A stretch of DNA of 64,000 nt from Biomphalaria pfeifferi. Its lineage: Eukaryota. The stretch covers positions 169,822 through 233,821 of the forward strand of contig JASAOG010000245.1 in NCBI GenBank assembly GCA_030265305.1, given 5' to 3'. Position numbers and translations under genes: made by a program. The notes beneath the pieces were generated by a model, which was given only the letters and a program-made list of their open reading frames with translations, was not told the DNA's origin and made no database searches. The number at the start of each line of letters is the position of its first letter. Within the stretch, counting starts at the first letter, position 1. This document shows, in pieces, positions 1 to 12,092 of the stretch.

Positions 1-304
1 TACATTATTGCTAACAAAGGTTAGTGAATATTGTCTGACCTTAGTGACCTGTAGGAAGGACCATTTAGGACATACAGGTCTGCACTACGCGGCAGCGAGT
101 TATTGGTCTCCACTGCCCACAAGTTGCGACGTCACAGGCCAGTGTTGAGGCCTTCTATAACGGTCCCAATCCTACTCTCTTTTCTCGCTCAATCCCAATC
201 TCTCCTACCTACCTCTTTTATTCCCTCACCCAATCCCTCTCCCAATCATCTCACCTATTTCTTTCAATCTCACAATGCCCTCCACCCCTTCCATGTCTCA
301 AGCC

Positions 305-450
305 CTCTCCCACTACATTCCCTCCCGCCTCTCCCACTACATTCCCTCCCGCCTCTCCCACTACATTCCCTCCCGCCTCTCCCACTACTTTCCCTCCCGC
401 CTCTCCCACTACATTCCCTCCCGCCTCTCCCACTACATTCCCTCCTCTCA
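305..450. repeat. 24-bp tandem repeat (CTCTCCCACTACATTCCCTCCCGC), about 6 copies
   Basis: Direct reading shows contiguous near-identical 24-mers. ORFs 103..471 and 275..460 are translations of this repeat. Confidence 0.85.
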
Positions 451-1421
451 CATCACATAATCTATTTTTAAAAAAACAGCTACATCTAGTGCCACACGGA
501 AAATGGCCAGCTCCTCTACCACCAAAGCGAAAGCCACCTTGACATGCAATATATGTGGACGGGAGTGTCTCTCCAAAAATAGGGCTCCACAGCCATATGA
601 AAAAGTGTTCGAGATGAACCATAGTCGTTTCACGACTGAAGGAGGCCAATGAGTAGATCTAGTGCCCAAATCGCCAGGTCTCTACGGGCGGTTTAACTCT
701 TCCAGTCTTGCTACCAATCGGAGTTCATCTCGTGCCCAAAGCAAACCGATCATCCTAGCATATGACGACATTGATACCGAAGCTGATCTGGGCTCACGTA
801 TTGGAAATATAATCAACTGCGCATGCTCCAATTTCAAACAGGGATAGAAAAAAAAAAGAAAGAAAAAAAAATCTCAGTGATAAGCGGGAAATGGAACTAA
901 TCCAAAATGTTTACTTTTGCACCGGAAGGAGTCCGGAAATCGGAAGAAGTGCTGGTCCAATGTCCGAGAGGCTACAACCAATCGCGCCTATTGTGCACCA
1001 GATGGCGAGCAACTTGAGTTGAATTAGTTTATTTACAGACGGTGTGACTAGAATGTCCATTTTCCCGCGCTTTTGTAATCTGTCACGTGTGACGAAGGCT
1101 GCATCCATAAGTGTTCTAATTAAATTAACGAATATGAGTCAAAACCTTTTTATAAAATATTTTGTTTTCGCATATTCAAAATAACATTTTTTTAGCTATT
1201 AGTTTATGCATAAAACAAATCACCAAAATAATTTTAGGTATATTTGCTATTAATTTACGTACTTCAACTTACTAATGCCATGACATTGTGTATAATGAAA
1301 GCAAAAATTCTTATCACGACATTTACCATAGTCCAGATGATAAAAGTTTTTAAATATGTTGTAAACACATCTAGTTTCTCTCTATTTATTTCGGCTATTA
1401 TCGGAACGCCGTCTCCCCGAA

Positions 1422-1612
1422 CAGTGGCGTAGATAGGATGGGGGGAGAAGGGGGGAGAATTTGAAAATCCCCCCGTGCCTCCACTTGAGGGGGCTCCAAA
1501 TGAGTGACTTTTACATTAAATATTTAATATTACGCAAAATGCAGGGGCCCCCAAAGATGTCAAGCCCCCCCCCCGGGCCCCCAAATGAGGGCAAATTACT
1601 AGCTACGCCCCT
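1422..1612. mobile_element. hAT-like MITE, about 190 bp, family with CAGTGGCGTAGNTAGG terminal inverted repeats
   Basis: Left end is CAGTGGCGTAGATAGG and right end is ACTAGCTACGCCCCTG. A perfect 8-bp TSD, TCCCCGAA, flanks both ends (1414-1421 and 1613-1620). Two more copies are at 50933-51111 and 54559-54680. Confidence 0.8.
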
Positions 1613-2984
1613 GTCCCCGAAAAGAGAAGGTAAGTTTCTACAAGAACTAGATGCCATTCTAAATTCATACTATACTATTGTTAAAATTACTAGATTTGAC
1701 AGAAGTAAAAAAAAGCTATTGATCTTGAAAGCGGTTTCAATCGTATCACGTAAAAATGAACGTGCGAGCTGACACACTGATATTTTTTTTTCTATTGGAT
1801 TTCGCCTAATATCTAGATCTAGCCTTTTAAAGCTGTGCTGATAGGAATTGATATGAGTTTGTGTTCCCCCCCCCCCCCCTTTCACTTGATGAGTCTGATA
1901 TCCATTCAACTGTGACGACTTTCCGTGGCCTTCATGTCCCACGCCAAGCCGGAAGTTGCGTGCGTACCACGTGGCACATCTAGACCGGAAATAAAGATCA
2001 GCCATTACATTGCAGGAAGACAAGAAAAAACTAAAAGGTCAACTCCAAGGACTCAGAGAGGGAGAGGAGAGATGGAGGAGGGAGGAATGAGGACAAGGAG
2101 GGAGGCTGGATATCGAAGTGGAAATAGAGGAGTAAAATACCATCCAATGATCCATTGATTTGACAATTTAACTCCAAACCTTCTAATGTCAAAGAGAGAA
2201 GATTGCCTGCAAAGTATTTGCGAAGATTACTTTGAACAAATGTCACCTGCATTTTTAGCAGACGTGATCCTTTTGTGGGAAAACAAAAGCCTGGGGAGTG
2301 TGGGGGGGGGCGTTTTTGTTTGGAACAGCGCGTGCTACAAAGCAAATCTCAGCAAGTAATCTCTAGCCTACACATCTCACCCTATTAGTCAGTGGTTCTC
2401 AAACTTTGTCGGCGTAGGGGACCTGTATTCATATCACACACGAGTGATAGTGAACACGTCACCATCAAAGTCCGTCTTGAAAAATGCTTTTCGTTATTTT
2501 GGATCTTCCTTCAGTTTAAAGATAGTTACATCCGCAGGACGATGTGGGATGGCGGCGGGCAGGGTTCACACCTGAAACCATCGATACCATCAAACGACAG
2601 TTTAATTGACGGTCGTTGACTTGTAGCACCAAACTGCGGGTAGACAACTAAACCGCCGTATTACATTTTATAACGTATAAATCTTGAAATAACTTGAATT
2701 AACTTTTTTTGCGAACCAAACTAAACATAACTGTTATTATAGAATAGACAAATTTAACTTCAACTAAAATAAACTGATATTTAAACACATCTAAGTCACA
2801 ATAAAAGCACGTATATGCACTCTGGCATTCTGGAGTCGTCTGACGTACTCAACACAGCTTATGACATCGCCGCTTATCTTGCATCATTCTAAAGACTATC
2901 ATTAAATTGATGCTCTCTGTAATACTATACAGCTAACAATAAATATTCCCATTGGAAAAACACACACACACACACCATGATACC

Positions 2985-3070
2985 ATTGCGCATATCTTGT
3001 CTTATCTTATATAATACAGACGTAACCTCAAAAAAGAAGATGATTACGCCCTATGCGTCATGCATCTGGT
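2985..3070 (-). mobile_element. LINE-A 3' terminal fragment, inverted relative to the copy at 3335-3860
   Basis: Reverse complement of the conserved LINE-A tail ATGCATGACGCGTAGGACGTAATCATCTTC...GTATTATATAAGATAAG. Confidence 0.6.
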
Positions 3071-3334
3071 CATACATATGACACAATCAGGCAGCCACAG
3101 GTCATTTAATATCGAATCTCTGCAGCTTCAACTTGCATTCTAAGCAGAAATTTCGAGAGGCCGGTTCGCCTGTATCCACAGGCAATAATACGCCATCTCC
3201 ATCAGACGCCCTTTTTTTAAAAAACCATTAATGAAATTCAACCAGGGGACCATCATTTGTGATGCTGTTTTTGTAGGTGATAGCTAGGATCCTTTCATAG
3301 CGTCTCAACTCCATTGCTTGGATCGGCCTCTCTG

Positions 3335-3860
3335 TTATTTAACCTTGGTTAAGCCAATTATAGAATATGCATCCTCTGTTTGGGACCCTTCAACTTAAGA
3401 AAACTCAAGAAAACATTAAGAAACTGGAACAGACACAAAATAGAGCAGTGAGATTCATTACAAACAAACATTTGACTAGAGTAACACCTATAGTAAAATC
3501 ACTAAATTTAGAAAGCCTTCAGGACAGAAGACTCAAAAGTAATGTAGCAATTATACATAAAACACTGAACCATAATCTTCAAATACAATAACAAAATTTA
3601 TTAAAATACTCTGAAAGACACAAAGACAAAGGCACATTCCTTGTCCCCTATGCTAGGACAAATTTGTACAAATACTCCTTCTTCCCTAGTGCTATTAGAG
3701 CATGGAATGGGTTGCCTGAGCTAGCCAGGAAAACCAGTGACTTGGCAGAATTTAAGTCATTGGTTAATATGCATGACTAAATGCATGACGCGTAGGACGT
3801 AATCATCTTCGTTTTTGAAGTAACGTCTGTATTATATAAGATAAGAATAAGATAAAATAA
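3335..3860 (+). mobile_element. Non-LTR retrotransposon (LINE-A) 3' fragment ending in an (ATAAG)n tail
   Basis: Nearly identical to the 3' end of the reverse-transcriptase-bearing copy at 21355-21860. Encodes the ...RTNLYKYSFFPSAIRAWNGLPELA... C-terminus, followed by an ataag microsatellite. Confidence 0.8.
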
Positions 3861-4089
3861 GAGAGAGAGAGAGGAATGGAGAGATCATGTGAGGTGCCTC
3901 AACTGTCCAACAGACTAATGGCCAAGTGAATGGTAAGGAGTTGTATCGATACTTCCTTATTCTGTCTAACGGAGATATCGATACGTTTGCTATTTATGGA
4001 TATGAATTTGCCTACATTTTATAAAAGTCTCCGATTAAAAAAAAATAACATCTTTAAAAATGATTACAGAAAATCACAATTGTTGAAAA

Positions 4090-4460
4090 ATAGTCTCGCT
4101 CTCCCTTTCTCTCTCTCTCTCTCTTACGGTCTCTGTCACTTTATCACGAGCACTCTTTCTCGCCATCTTTTGCTGTCTCTCTCTCTCTCTCTCAGTATTT
4201 GTGTCTCTCACTATCTCTGTCTCTTTCTCTCTCCTTGTCTCTCTCTCACTACCTCTTTATATCTATCTGTATCATTTTTTCTTTCTTTCTTTCTCTGTCT
4301 CTCTCTGTCTGTGTCTTTCACTATCTCTGTCTCTCTATCTCTTTCCTTTTCTTTCTCTCTCACTACCTCTTTCTTTCTTTCTCTCACTATCTCTCTCTCT
4401 CTCTATCTATCTATATCATTCTTGCTGTCTCTCTCTCCCTCTCTTTCGCTAAATAATAAA
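4090..4460. repeat. (CT)n / CTCTCTGT low-complexity tract
   Basis: Pyrimidine microsatellite. ORFs 3930..4589, 4199..4456 and 4201..4452 are artefacts of it. Confidence 0.9.
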
Positions 4461-4795
4461 TTCTATATATCCCTCTCACTCACGAGACGCAGCACCCTTG
4501 ATCTTGTGATTGTCTTCCGCCTGGGAGAGTTAAGTTCAAATCTTTGTTTGAGGCTGGGGTGTAATCACCTCGACTGTCTACTCTTCTGAAATGCATCCCC
4601 AGTGATCACGTGACATGAACATCACAGACATGCTTGTTGATAAGATCAGTCCATGGACTCTTAGACTTGTGAAATATGTTTCTTTGATTTTACAGCCCCT
4701 TCTCTGTATCTTTAAGACATCGAAGTGTGCTCATTCAAGTAGAGATATTGTGTACATTGAAATAGGTGTTGTTGTTTTTAAATAAATGATATTCG

Positions 4796-4935
<140 letters not shown>

Positions 4936-5559
4936 GTGTTTTTTTTTGTTTGGTAATTTATGTAAGAAAATATTACACTTTACTTAGCTTTATTTTAAAT
5001 TTAATTATTCCTCAATTAATATGCACGTTTTAAAAATCTTTGAAAAAAAACAAATTTGAAATTGATGAGTTTTGAAAAAATGCATAATAAGCTAAGCAGG
5101 GGGGTGTACCGAAAACTGGAAAACATGTCAAGGAGTCTACGAGACAAAGTTTGGGAACCACTGGTCTAGAGCTATTAAAAATGAATTACATGATTGATCC
5201 AAAATAATTGATGCAATTTCACTCAAAGTAGTCACTGTTTTTAAATATATTTTAAAATTTTTATTAGTGTTTTCTTGGCTGACAATCATGAAGCTACTAA
5301 GGTAATTCAATAAACGACCTACATTGATACAATGTTTGATTACTTGCACCACGGTACAAGATGCAGTGCTGAGGATCTTATGTCCGCTTTTATGTTCCTT
5401 GATGTTGGTTTGTTTATTGTTAAAAGAAGCATAATCTCCCTTTTGTTGTGACCTCGTCAGAAGTTAGTTCCTTGCGATCCGTTTAATTTGATTGGTTGAA
5501 GCTGGGGGTGTAGAGACATGGGGTAATTAAATGGCGATGCAGTTATTCTTATTATATTA

Positions 5560-5978
5560 TTATAGCATTTATATAGCGCTACTTTCATGCTCAGAGTGCT
5601 TTTGGTCCAATCTCTTTTGTGGACCAGTGGTGGGGAGGGGGTATCTAGGAGTTGGTTTTTCGTGCTGCCTTTAGGCGCTCAGTAAACACAACTCTGCTCG
5701 AGTCGGTTGTCGAACCTCGAGCCTCCTTCTAGGTAGCCAAGCCAAGCCAAGTTCAAGTTCACGCTTCCCAGTTGGAAGCAGACGACATACACGTATACGT
5801 AGAAACGTATATACCAAGGAGAAAGAAAACGCTTAAATCCAATTCCAGGCTGCCGAACATTGGAAAGACTTAGGAGACGAAACCCGAAACTCAAAATCCC
5901 AGTCTTCGTCGAGATTTGAACACAGGACTCCAGGTTTAGATGCCAAGCGCCTAACCATTTACCCACTGCCCCACCTCC
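5560..5978 (-). mobile_element. tRNA-derived SINE, minus orientation (tRNA-like head 5870-5978)
   Basis: Reverse complement reads GGAGGTGGGGCAGTGGGTAAATGGTTAGGCGCTTGGCATCTAAACCTGGAGTCCTGTGTTCAAATCTCGACG. This has tRNA A-box and B-box-like motifs, as in the other SINE heads in the window. Confidence 0.6.
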
Positions 5979-6019
5979 AGGTGACCATGAAGCATCTTTT
6001 TATATTGCTTAGTCTAACA

Positions 6020-6834
6020 CAGTGGTTCTCAAACTATGGTGCGCGGACCCTTGTGGACGACCGTAGGATGAAAATTGAACACAAAATCAACAATGATGAA
6101 TATCAGACCTGTGACTTTATTTTGCGCATGAATATGAATATTTAGCCCATGAATATCAGTTTTACTTATATTACAAACCAATCAACGTCGATCTTTGAAT
6201 TTCTCTGCTGTATCACGCCATTGAAAGAAAAAAAAAAGTCCAAGCCTCGTCTTAAAGTTTCCAACCGACTACTAAAATAATCCCACGACACACCGACATC
6301 AGTCTAGTTATAAAGCGTACACATTTTATGAATAATTTTAAGTTATACAATGGTGCATAATATTATAATTACAATGGTGCCGGGTAATTCGTGTTTGCTA
6401 AATTGTTTTTTCGCACGCTCATCTAACCTTTAGATTATAGATCTCTACCGTACAATTGAAACAGCCACAAAGTGTCATATGTTTCAATGCGTTATCCAAT
6501 AAAAAGTTTGAAACCGCCATAACTTAAGCGTCATTTTGTAACAAATAGTAATTAACTAAAGTACGAACTTGTAGATTTTTGATAATGTGAAAGTAACGGC
6601 TACTAAAATCGTCAATAAATCATTAGCAATAATTTTTAGAGTTTAAAAAAAAAATCTAAATGCTCCATATATTATGTCAGAGTGAAAAGAAAACACGGAG
6701 GCTGAGTGTTTGATTAAATCCACGGCTTTACAAATACACGATTTGGGCAGACAATTCAGGCTGTGTAAGGGAGTCCGCTAACATCGTTTGGCTTGTATAG
6801 GGGTCTCCGAACTGGAAAAGTTTGAGAACCTCTG
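6020..6834. mobile_element. Non-autonomous hAT-like DNA element, about 815 bp, TIR CAGTGGTTCTCAAAC
   Basis: Left end is CAGTGGTTCTCAAACT and right end is GTTTGAGAACCTCTG. Flanking 8-mers are GTCTAACA and GTCTGGCA, matching 6 of 8. There is no ORF inside. The same TIR motif recurs at 2390, 5150-5164, 13890, 16510, 21945, 40378 and 54190-54350. Confidence 0.55.
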
Positions 6835-7736
6835 GTCTGGCAGACATTATGAAGTTTCTGACCCCAAACTATGTCCTTCTTTTAAAAAAACAGATGTATA
6901 GCCGGAGGGGGGGGGGGGGGACGGGGACTGCCGTGTGATCGACAGCGTTCCAACCATTTTGTCTATCTCCTGCCAATTACTTTCGCTATAAAAATGAGGG
7001 CGAAACGGCGCCTGTGTTGTCATTATAGCGCTTAAGGGTGCATCTCTGTTACGCACCTCAAATATACACCCCAAATATACACCAATGATTTATCACTCAC
7101 GTATATTTACGTTATCTCACATTCATCATACTTTAAAACATACATATTCATACCATATGTTCATGCACAAACATTAAGACTTTGCAACATACATTATAAC
7201 CTTGATACAATTATAACCTTGACCCCACTATAATCCTGAACCACTAAATCTCCATCCTTAGTCTTTACTATACCCTACCCTAGTTTTTGTTCAGCAGGCC
7301 CTAATACACACTTACAGAAGCTCATCAACAGCGCTCGGTAGAATTTGATAAAACTGGAACCGAACCATCAGCGAACGCTACCATTCATATCTTGAAACGG
7401 TTCTCTCTGTCTATTAAAGAATCGTGAGTCAACATTGACATGTACTTTTGTTCTTTCTTTGCTTTCTTTCATTGATTCGCATTGTCTTTTTTCAAGTTTT
7501 AGAGTGCATGGTGTGTTGTTACTGTGTTGTTGTTTTTTTGTTGGTGCATGTCTTTCCCATTGTCGCGATCAATGATGTATAAAAGTACACCGGGTTGTAA
7601 TTGTTTTATTTGTGGTAGCAGACTTTAGGACTTTTCTCGCTTGATCTCCCAGATTGTTAAAATGTCAGATGTGAGGGGTAGGTGTAGTGGAGTGTTTGTG
7701 CGTGTTTGGGTTGGCTAAACAGATTAAATTGGAAGT

Positions 7737-9215
7737 AGGAGATTGAAAGACAGAAAGATTGAGACCGAAAGATTAAAAGATAGAAAGATTGAGACTAAAA
7801 GATTGAAAGACAGAAAGATTGAAAGACAGAAAGATTGAAAGACAGATTGAAAGACAGATTGAAAGACAGACAGATTGAGGGAAAGAAAGATTGAGACACA
7901 GAAATATTGAAAGACAAAAAGATTAAGACTGAAAGATTGAAAGGCAGAAAGATTGAAAGACAAATTGAAAGACAGAAAGATTGAAAGACATATTGAAAGA
8001 CAGAAAGATTGATAGACAGATTGAAAGACAGAAAGATTGAGACTGAAAGATTAAAAGACAGAAACATTGAGACTGAAAGATTGAAAGACAGAAAGATGGA
8101 GACTGAAAGATTGAAAACAGAAAGATTGAGGGAAAGAAAGATTGAGAGACAGAAATATTGAAAGACAAAGATTAAGACTGAAAGATTGAAAGAGAAAGAT
8201 TGAGACTGAAATATTGAAAGACAGAAAGATTGAGACTGAAAGATTGAAAGACAGAAAGATAAGGATTGAAATATTGAAAAACAGATTGAAAGACAGAAAG
8301 ATGGAGACTGAAAGATTGAAAGACAGAAAGATGGAGACTGAAAGATTGTAAGAAAGATTGAGAGACAGAAATACTGAAAGAAAAATTGAAAGACAGAAAG
8401 ATTGAAAGACAGAAAGATTGAAAAACAGAAAGATTGAAAGACAGATTGAAAGACAGATTGAAAGACAGAAAGATTAAAAGACAGAAAGATTAAAAAACAG
8501 AAGGTGAAAGACAGATTGAAAGAGAGATTGAAAGACAGATTGAAAGACAGAAAGATTGAAAGACAGAAAGATTGAAAGACAGAAAGATTGAAAGACAGAA
8601 AGATTGAGGGAAAGAAAGATTGAGAGACAGAAATATTGAAAGACAGAAAGATTGAGACTGAAAGATTGAAAGACAGAAAGATGGAAACTGAAAGATTGAA
8701 AGACAGAAAGATTGAGGGAAAGAAAGATTGAGAGACAGAAATATTGAAAGACAGAAAGATTGAGACTGAAAGATTGAAAGACAGAAAGATGGAAACTGAA
8801 AGATTGAAAGACAGAAAGATTGAGGGAAAGAAAGATTGAGAGACAGAAAGATTGGGAGACAAAAATATTGAGAGACAGAAAGATTGAGATACAGAAAGAA
8901 TACAAGACAGAAAGAATAGGAGACAGAAAGATTGAGAGAAAGAAAGATTTAAAAAATCAAGATTGTGAAAAAGAAAGATTGAGGGAAAGAAAGATTATGA
9001 AACAGAAAGATTGAGAGAAAGAAATTTTAGGGAAAGAAATATTGAGAGACAGAAAGATTGAGAAAAATTAAGATTGTGAAAAAAAAGATTGAGAGAAAGA
9101 AAGATTGAGAGAAAGAAAGATTGAGAGAAAGAAAGATTGAGATGCAGAAATTTTGAGAGAAAGAAAGATTGAGTGAAAGATTGTGAAAAAGAAAGATTGA
9201 GAGAGACAAAAACGT
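7737..9215. repeat. About 1.5 kb satellite of 10-12-bp purine-rich units (AGAAAGATTGA / GAAAGACAGAA)
   Basis: Hundreds of degenerate tandem units. The strand is strongly skewed: the plus strand is almost pure A/G plus T. ORFs 7795..8862 (355 aa), 7724..7963, 8474..8905, 8820..9014 and 9027..9209 are artefacts. Confidence 0.95.
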
Positions 9216-10099
9216 GTATTTCTAATAGTTAAGAAGCGGGTTGCACTAAGTTGAACTTGTCTAACGACTCATCTCCTTATATTTCTACAGACAATGCCAA
9301 CTAAAAGTGTAATACTTTGTTCAAAAAGAAGTCCATACGTGTTTTCTAATTAGAATATAAAACATCTATAACGGTTTAGTTGGACTAGCAGTCTGGAGCT
9401 ACAACCCAACGACCGTGATACAAAAAGCGAGGGGGGAGGCGGGCAAAGTCGTGACATTATTTATAATGAAAGCTATTATAAAGTTTGTTAAAACCCCTAT
9501 AACTTTGTTCAGTGATCCATCTTCCTATCTCCTTTAAAGAAATAAAAAGGGGGGGGGGGGAGGGGATATATTGGGCATGGGCATAGCCAGGATTTTTTTT
9601 CCCGGGGGCGGGGGGGGGGGGTGGGTGGGGAGGGATTTTTTCTCCCCCCCCCGCCCCCCCCCCCCCCCCCAAACAAAATATCTATATGTATGTATGTGTG
9701 TGTGTGTACATAATCTTTATTACATTCTGACCCTTCATTCTTTCAGAAGACGTTTATTGTTCCCTAGAAAAGGCTCTTCGTGGAGTTAGCCATTACCAGA
9801 AAGGGTTCTGGGGGAGCGATAGGAGCTCCCTCAGCGCGGGGCGAAGCCCCGCCGCCAAGCACTATTTCTGGTTTTGAAAGCCAACAAAATACATATTCTG
9901 AGGTATCTACTGTGCATTTTCCTGCTATTAGAAGGTTTATTTAAAAAAAAACTATGTGCTATTCTTACTGACTTAGACCCTCCCGCGCCATTCGGCGCAT
10001 TTGCCGTCAAACTGTTTCCACAAAAATCTGTCACTGTTAATGTCTGAAGCCTCTTTCCACCTGCTCTGAGGATCTCCATGAATGTGTGGCGCCAAGTTG

Positions 10100-10235
10100 T
10101 ACTAGAATGTCATCGCAATTCTTATTAAGCGTAATTCATTTTGTCGGAGAACATGTCCCGCAAACCTCATGCGACGCTCTGTCACAATCTTACTATGGGG
10201 TCAACTCCCAGTTCGGCATAGGATTTCCTTGATTT
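10100..10235 (-). mobile_element. LINE 3' tail fragment
   Basis: The minus-strand translation ...RRMRFAGHVLRQNELRLIRIAMTF* resembles the conserved C-terminus of non-LTR retrotransposon ORF2. Confidence 0.4.
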
Positions 10236-10379
10236 AGACCCGATCTCTAAAATCTGTCTTAGCCATCTTTGTTGAGCCACATTTAGTGTTTTTCAATTTC
10301 GGCACATATGACTATTCACTGCACTCTATTAATGGAGCCCCGCCACTGGTAGAAATATGTAACCTCTCTTGAATACGCT

Positions 10380-11345
10380 CTTGGAATTAGGTGACTGTAG
10401 TTTGCATTAGATTTGATATCGAAAAGGGAGATTTTATCGTCAAAATCATCTGTTGGGGGTTTAAAACTAAAAAATCTCTGGAGTTTTTTGGTTTTTTAAA
10501 ATTCAAAACCCCATTTAACTACGGTAATAGAATTTAGTAACTGTAGTTTGCTTTAGAATAATATTGAAGATATAGGTTTTCCATCTCAAAATGCTCTGTA
10601 GGGGGATCTTAAACTCAAAACCATCTGGAGGGGTTTTAAACTTTTAAAAAAGCCATCTGTAGGAGAGGGGTTTAAACTCAAACCCCCAACTGGATTGGCT
10701 ACGCTCAAATAATTTTAGTTTGTAATTTGCTTTTTTTATATTGAAGAGGTATTTTTTAGCATCAAAACCATCTGAAGGGGGGTTTAAACTCATTACCCCT
10801 TTTGGCAACGCTCGTAGTATATTGAGTGCGTAATTTGCTGTGTTTTTTTTTTACATTGAAAATGTGTTTTTTAGCTACAAACCCCGCAAGCGGGGAGTTT
10901 AAACTCAAAACCCCTTTGACTACACTCATAGAATTTTGAGTGTATAATTTGCTTTGTTTTTAGTATTAAAGAGGTATTTTTTTTACCTTAAAACCCCGCT
11001 GAAAAGGGGGGGGGGGGCATTAAACTCAAAACCCATTTACCTACGCTCATAACATTTTGAGTGCGTAATTCGTTTTTTTTTTATATTGAAAAGGGGGTTT
11101 ATCGTGAATTTTGGAGGGGGGTTAAAAATCAAAATCCTTAACTGTGCTCGTAAAATTTGGGGGATTGTCGTTTGCATTTTTTTTTTGTTTTGTGTTATAG
11201 AAGAGGAGAATTTAACTGCGAAAACCCCTGGTAGGGGGGGTTTTAAACTCAAACCCCCCTGGTAGGGGGTCTTAAACTCAAACCCCCCTGATAGGGGGTT
11301 TTAAACTTAACCCCCCCCCCCCCCGGTAGGGATTTTAAACTCAAA
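10380..11345. repeat. About 115-120-bp unit satellite, about 8 units, ending in 30-bp GGGGGTTTTAAACTCAAACCCCCCTGGTA sub-repeats
   Basis: Recurrent ...GTAATTTGCTTTGTTTTT...ATTGAAGAGGTATTTTTTAGC...GGGGGTTTAAACTCAAAACCCCTTTGACTACGCTCATAG blocks. ORF 11037..11252 is an artefact. Confidence 0.85.
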
Positions 11346-11709
11346 ACCTTGTTTGCTGTGCTAGGGCAAGTGACAGTTTAGTCTTAAAATCTCACCTAAA
11401 ATAAACAAAATCAAAGCAAAAAATCAGTCACTAAATTCCGATCCCCTTCCCCGCGGGGGGGGGGGGGGGGGAATTTCATTTCGGGGGAGGGGGGTTGAAC
11501 CCCCCCCCCCCCGGCTACGCCCATGATATCGGGTATCAGCAAAAACATCTCAACTCTAGTCAAATCTCGTCCAACCTAATGTACATCGGGATTTGAACCA
11601 CTTACCCCCAAGCCACGATTAATTAATAAACCCATAACCTCAGGACAGAGAACAAAGAAAATCGTTCATGAATATCAATGTCGTGCCCCAAATCCCTCTA
11701 TTCAATCAT

Positions 11710-11785
11710 AGTAAGTCAGTAAGTCAGACAGTCAGTCAGTCAGACAATCAGTCAGCCAGCCAGTCAGGCAGTCAGTCAGTCAGGG
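11710..11785. repeat. (CAGT)n / CAGTCAGT microsatellite
   Basis: Direct reading. Confidence 0.9.
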
Positions 11786-11869
11786 TTGATTCACCCCTTT
11801 AGTGGAAGCAGTCAACATCTGTATTACGGTGACACATGGTTGATGGCCACCAATAGTACGTATACTTAC

Positions 11870-12092
11870 GTCCAAGAACTCGGGCCTTGCGTTGTACACC
11901 ACGTGTCTCTGGCCAAGGTCGTGTAACAAGGTGACCACTTTGTCCTCGGAGTCCATTCTGGCCACCACTTTTTCCACCGCCCCCATCACTCTCAGCACGT
12001 GAGACCTTAGCGCAGTGCTGGCCCTGAGTTCTTCGGCTGTCTTGTCTCGGAAATCCATAAAGGTTCCTTTAACATCGGGGTCCTCCAGCAGT
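11870..12092 (-). CDS. Globin central exon (exon 2): B12.2 to G7.0, 223 bp, neuroglobin-like
   Basis: The minus-strand translation is (G)LLEDPDVKGTFMDFRDKTAEELRASTALRSHVLRVMGAVEKVVARMDSEDKVVTLLHDLGQRHVVYNARPEFLD. It shows the globin CD1 Phe (KGTFMDF), the distal His E7 (SHVLRVM) and the proximal His F8 (LGQRH). The exon is preceded by the acceptor ...ttttcag with a phase-2 intron and followed by the donor GAC|gtaagtata with a phase-0 intron. Its 223-bp length equals the canonical vertebrate globin exon 2. Confidence 0.85.

Noticed and set aside
499-654. Short plus-strand ORF MASSSTTKAKATLTCNICGRECLSKNRAPQPYEKVFEMNHSRFTTEGGQ* with a C-x2-C...H pattern
   Set aside because: It is only about 50 codons. 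The Cys/His spacing (C-x2-C-x19-H) fits no canonical zinc finger, and there is no supporting splice or promoter context. It is possibly a fragment of a transposon ORF1, but this is unsupported.
3930-4589. 219-aa ORF and ORFs 4199..4456 and 4201..4452
   Set aside because: Translations of (CT)n / CTCTCTGT low-complexity DNA. They give Leu/Ser-rich periodic peptides.
7795-8862. 355-aa minus-strand ORF, the longest in the track after MVP, plus neighbouring ORFs 7724..7963, 7923..8168, 8474..8905, 8820..9014 and 9027..9209
   Set aside because: These are pure translations of the 11-bp AGAAAGATTGA satellite. They give SFNLSVSIFL-type periodic peptides, there is no start context, and the composition is that of the repeat.
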